A stretch of 64,000 nucleotides of DNA from Octopus sinensis (Eukaryota). Position numbers and translations under genes: made by a program. The notes below the pieces were generated by a model. It saw only the letters and a program-made list of their open reading frames with translations. It was not told the origin of the DNA and searched no databases. The DNA is taken from positions 10,726,001 to 10,790,000 of the forward strand of contig NC_043007.1 of assembly GCF_006345805.1 (NCBI RefSeq). Direction: 5' to 3'. This document shows, piece after piece, positions 62,712-64,000 of this stretch (positions are counted from its first letter, which is position 1; each line of letters opens with the position of its first letter).

Positions 62712-63020
62712 GAGAGCCTCTCTCAACAACAAAACAGTATAACAATTACGTCTTGAAACGTCAACAAGAAATGTCTTGTTGTTGAGAGATTTGGGAGCGA
62801 AATGAATCTCCAGTCCATGGCTGCGTAAAAACCATTCGCTTGTATGTCCCAACGATACTAACATAAGTAAAAATTGAAATATGAATTAGAAGTAGCGCTT
62901 GTGTTGTAGACATTATCGACCACGTATACATAATGCACGTGCCTTGCTCGTTTGCTGGTAGGTTGCTATTTTGGCAAGGTACTAAATAACTGTGGTACCT
63001 TAACTCCTAAGCTATTGCAG

Positions 63021-63465
63021 GGATCTTTTCGGTTTGAACGGCAGTTTTTTCTAGCGGTGTCATATGAAATTGTCACCCATAATTATGACCCTAATATCGA
63101 TCTATTGCATTTCAATCTGTTTTAGGGTTAGGGTTAGAGTTAGGGTTAATTAGGGTTAGGGTTAGGGGTGGGGGAAGGGTATCTTTTTTTCTTCACAAAT
63201 GTAAATAAACCCAATCTCTTTCTTAAACGAGGGACATATTCATACGGCACAGAATGCTTTTTAACTCAATAGACGTCACTGATTGGTTGAAATTGCAGAA
63301 ATTGAAGAAAAAAAACCAACAAATATCTTACAAACTATAGAATTTTCTCAATAAAGCCAAGAGAAAAAGATGTTTTATAAACACATTCTACCAGTATACG
63401 AAGTTTAAAATTTTTTAGTTACCTAGAAATTATGTTAAAAGCTGCCGTTCAAACCGAAAAGATCC
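63021..63465. mobile_element. Merlin-like MITE with internal (TTAGGG)n
   Basis: ~28-bp TIRs starting GG; perfect 8-bp TSD TATTGCAG (63013-63020 and 63466-63473). Confidence 0.85.
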
Positions 63466-63474
63466 TATTGCAGT

Positions 63475-64000
63475 ACGTGGTCGTCACTCTAGATGGAGTA
63501 TCTGGGACCCTTAGTGCAGTGACGTCCTGTTCGGGGGCTGATATGGCTCTCGATGCCAAAGTTTGGTGCCAATCCCCCCCAGGGTCCTTCATACGCCTCC
63601 ACCGGTGCCTGTGGGACAGAAGAGAGATCTCCTCGGTGACCAAAGGGCGAATCTATCAGGTCGTCGTTCGTTCTATCCGCCTCTGTGGTTGTGAAACATG
63701 ACCTATGAGGGTAGCCGATCAGCGAAGGCTGGAGGTGTTCGACAATGACTGTCTCGGCGTATTCTTCGCTGTCGACGCATTGATTGGGTTCCTACAGCCG
63801 GTCTTCGTCATCGCCTGAATCTCCGGCCCCTCCCTTCGGTGCTTCTACAACGGTGCTTAGGGTGGTTCGGTCATGCAGCCCGGCGTCCAGAGGGTGAGCT
63901 GATTCGTGATGTCCTCCCCTCCACCTCCACTCCCCAGCTGGCGCAAACGCACGGGCGGACAGCTGAAGACCTGGGCAACGACGATAAAGAAGGACCTCTC
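63475..64000 (+). mobile_element. RTE-clade LINE fragment
   Basis: LWDRREISSVTKGRIYQVVVRS..CGCET...LEVFDNDCL...WFGHAARRP...GGQLKTW. Confidence 0.88.

Overview
AT-rich, repeat-saturated eukaryotic DNA. I infer an Octopus-like cephalopod from recalled SINE and microsatellite families, with no database check. The window looks like intronic or intergenic sequence and has one 100-N gap (40169-40268). No intact host gene is recognisable: the long ORFs are microsatellite artefacts or transposon remnants, and only a few low-confidence micro-exon candidates exist. Contents: several tRNA-derived SINE families (one forming ~183-bp concatemers); CR1-group, RTE, Tx1/L1, Dong/R4 and CRE-like LINE fragments; a decayed Penelope-like element (PLE); a DD37D Tc1/mariner; pogo, hAT and Merlin-like MITEs; Helitron/Helentron derivatives; and a probable solo LTR. 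The most notable signal is a set of minimal type I hammerhead ribozyme motifs: four structurally complete (21714, 31753, 41731, 62621), one core-mutated (14602) and several 3' halves. They occur in the PLE 3' end, in a short non-coding palindromic element whose two copies show a compensatory base-pair change, and, by inference, in a tRNA-headed SINE. Other signals: a covarying 3' hairpin shared by a SINE and its probable partner LINE, four local templated duplications of 130-240 bp, and microsatellite-targeted retroelements. All alignments and folds were done by eye and coordinates of decayed elements are approximate.
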